From contig MFUM01000008.1 in the NCBI GenBank assembly GCA_001786955.1, positions 11,062 through 75,061 on the forward strand: a DNA stretch of 64,000 nt. The letters are read 5' to 3'. Of the stretch, positions 62,701-64,000 are shown one piece after another. The stretch's first letter is position 1. Every line of letters begins with the position of its first letter. The position numbers and the translations under genes were made by a program. This DNA comes from Candidatus Nomurabacteria bacterium RIFCSPHIGHO2_12_FULL_42_19. Lineage in GTDB: Bacteria > Patescibacteriota > Minisyncoccia > Phycocordibacterales > UBA9973. The notes beneath the pieces are model-generated. The model had not been told where the DNA came from and made no database searches. It saw only the letters and a list, made by a program, of their open reading frames with translations.

Positions 62701-64000
62701 TTAGAATTCATCCAGATCGCCTTTTATTTTTGACGGGGCAAATTCGCTGACATTGCTTTTTTCAAGATTCAGAAATGTCGTGGTTTTTTCGTCAAAATAA
62801 AGTTCGATTTTTCCCGTCGGGCCGTTGCGATGCTTTTCAATCAGAATCTCGGCGATATTTGTTTTTTCCGATTCGTTTTTGCCTTTATCCTCACGATGGA
62901 TAAACATCACGACATCCGCGTCCTGCTCGATGGAACCAGAATCGCGCAGGTCGGAAAGCCGGGGCTTGCCGCCTCTTGACTCTACCGCGCGGGAAAGCTG
63001 CGAAAGCGCGAGCACCGGCACATCCAGTTCTTTCGCCAAGCTCTTCAACGATCTTGAAATCTCCGTCACTTGGTTGACCATTGAATCATAATTTTTTGAA
63101 GTAGTCATCAACTGCAGGTAATCCACCACGATTAAGTCAAGCCCTTTTTCGGCTTTTAGCCGGCGGGAAAGAGCCTTCATCCGAACAATTGAATTTCCGG
63201 GCTGGTCGTCAATATAAATTTTAGCTTTAGCCAGCTTGTCCAGCGAATCCCGGAGCATTGAAAATTCCCGGTCGGAAGACAGGCGCCCGGTGCGGAGGTT
63301 CCAAGCATTTACCCGGCTTTCCGCAGAAAGCATACGGTCCACCAATTGCTGGGAAGACATTTCCAGGGAAAATATTACTACCGATTTTTCATGCAGGACT
63401 CCGGACATGCGCGCGATGTCAAGAGCCAGCGTAGTCTTGCCCATGCTTGGCCGCGCGGCAATAATAATCAAATCGGATTTCTGCAAACCGGAAAGCATCA
63501 CATCCAAATCCTTGAATCCGGTTGCCAGCCCGCGGAGCATTCCCTTATTTTCGTGCAATTTTTCCAGGCGCTCGTAAGCCTCGGGCAGGGCATCTTTTAA
63601 ATTTACATATTTTTGGTTCTTGGGAGACGAGACGACGCTGAATATTTTCTTTTCCGCCATATCCAGGATGTCATCCATGTGGTCGTCGCTTTCTTCAAAA
63701 GCGAGTTCCGATACATAATCCGCTGCTTCAATCAGGCTCCGGAGGACATATTTCTTTTGCACGATGTCGGCATAATGCCTGACATTGGCGGAAGAGGGAA
63801 CGATATTTACAATCTCGGCAAGATATTGATTGCCTCCGACGCTATCGAGCAACTTCTGTTCACTTAGTTTGGTGGAGAGCGAAAGCATATCTATCGGTTC
63901 GTTTTTTATAGATAGGTCAAGCATTGCCCGAAAAATCATCTTATGCTTTTCAACATAAAAAGAATCCGGGCCGAGCATGTCTTCAACCTCGTGCATTGCG
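62701..64000 (-). CDS. dnaB: Replicative DNA helicase DnaB (N-terminus probably beyond the window end)
   Basis: Walker A 'ARPSMGKTTLALD', Walker B 'LIVVDYLQL', RecA-like C-terminal domain. Upstream frame is still open at base 64000. Confidence 0.85.
   Translation of the reverse strand, partial: AMHEVEDMLGPDSFYVEKHKMIFRAMLDLSIKNEPIDMLSLSTKLSEQKLLDSVGGNQYLAEIVNIVPSSANVRHYADIVQKKYVLRSLIEAADYVSELAFEESDDHMDDILDMAEKKIFSVVSSPKNQKYVNLKDALPEAYERLEKLHENKGMLRGLATGFKDLDVMLSGLQKSDLIIIAARPSMGKTTLALDIARMSGVLHEKSVVIFSLEMSSQQLVDRMLSAESRVNAWNLRTGRLSSDREFSMLRDSLDKLAKAKIYIDDQPGNSIVRMKALSRRLKAEKGLDLIVVDYLQLMTTSKNYDSMVNQVTEISRSLKSLAKELDVPVLALSQLSRAVESRGGKPRLSDLRDSGSIEQDADVVMFIHREDKGKNESEKTNIAEILIEKHRNGPTGKIELYFDEKTTTFLNLEKSNVSEFAPSKIKGDLDEF

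Overview
This is a low-GC (visibly AT-rich) genome segment whose gene complement points to a reduced genome, most plausibly a Candidate Phyla Radiation (CPR/Patescibacteria) lineage: short IF-2, a 549-aa AlaRS, many small membrane proteins and pilin-like genes. Most of the window is housekeeping. Identified housekeeping genes are rpsA, gyrA, rbfA-infB, a cysteine desulfurase, clpB, typA/bipA, mltG, mnmA, mgtC, alaS, an infA-rpmJ-rpsM-rpsK-rpsD-rpoA-rplQ block, rplM-rpsI, grpE, dnaK, dnaJ, rsmE, cysS, rplU, recR and a partial dnaB. There are four intact tRNAs on the minus strand (Leu-TAG, Lys-CTT, Leu-TAA, Cys-GCA) plus tRNA-Tyr on the plus strand, with several tRNA fragments among them.

The accessory content is concentrated in six places:
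1. Tandem TrbC/VirB2-like 'T4SS-pilin'-like small membrane protein genes (7.0-9.4 kb) lie downstream of a solute-binding protein gene.
2. A conspicuously GC-rich secreted-protein gene sits beside the tRNA cluster.
3. The canonical grpE-dnaK-dnaJ locus is split by two insertions. Each carries a triplet of large (551-590 aa) paralogous Cys-rich proteins with zinc-ribbon-like CxxC pairs at both termini, six paralogs in total.
4. Each triplet is associated with a cytoplasmic VirD4/TraD-like (type IV coupling protein-like) ATPase paralog. One ATPase ends in a Zn ribbon that shares a motif with the Cys-rich proteins.
5. A near-palindromic 29-bp element heads three of the six paralogs, with a PaaX-like regulator gene between the triplets.
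6. A family of short G/C-rich palindromic elements (C5/G5 blocks around a CCTTATCAAGG-type core) occurs intergenically and, most strikingly, in-frame inside infB, typA and mnmA.

I found no CRISPR array, rRNA, integrase or transposase.
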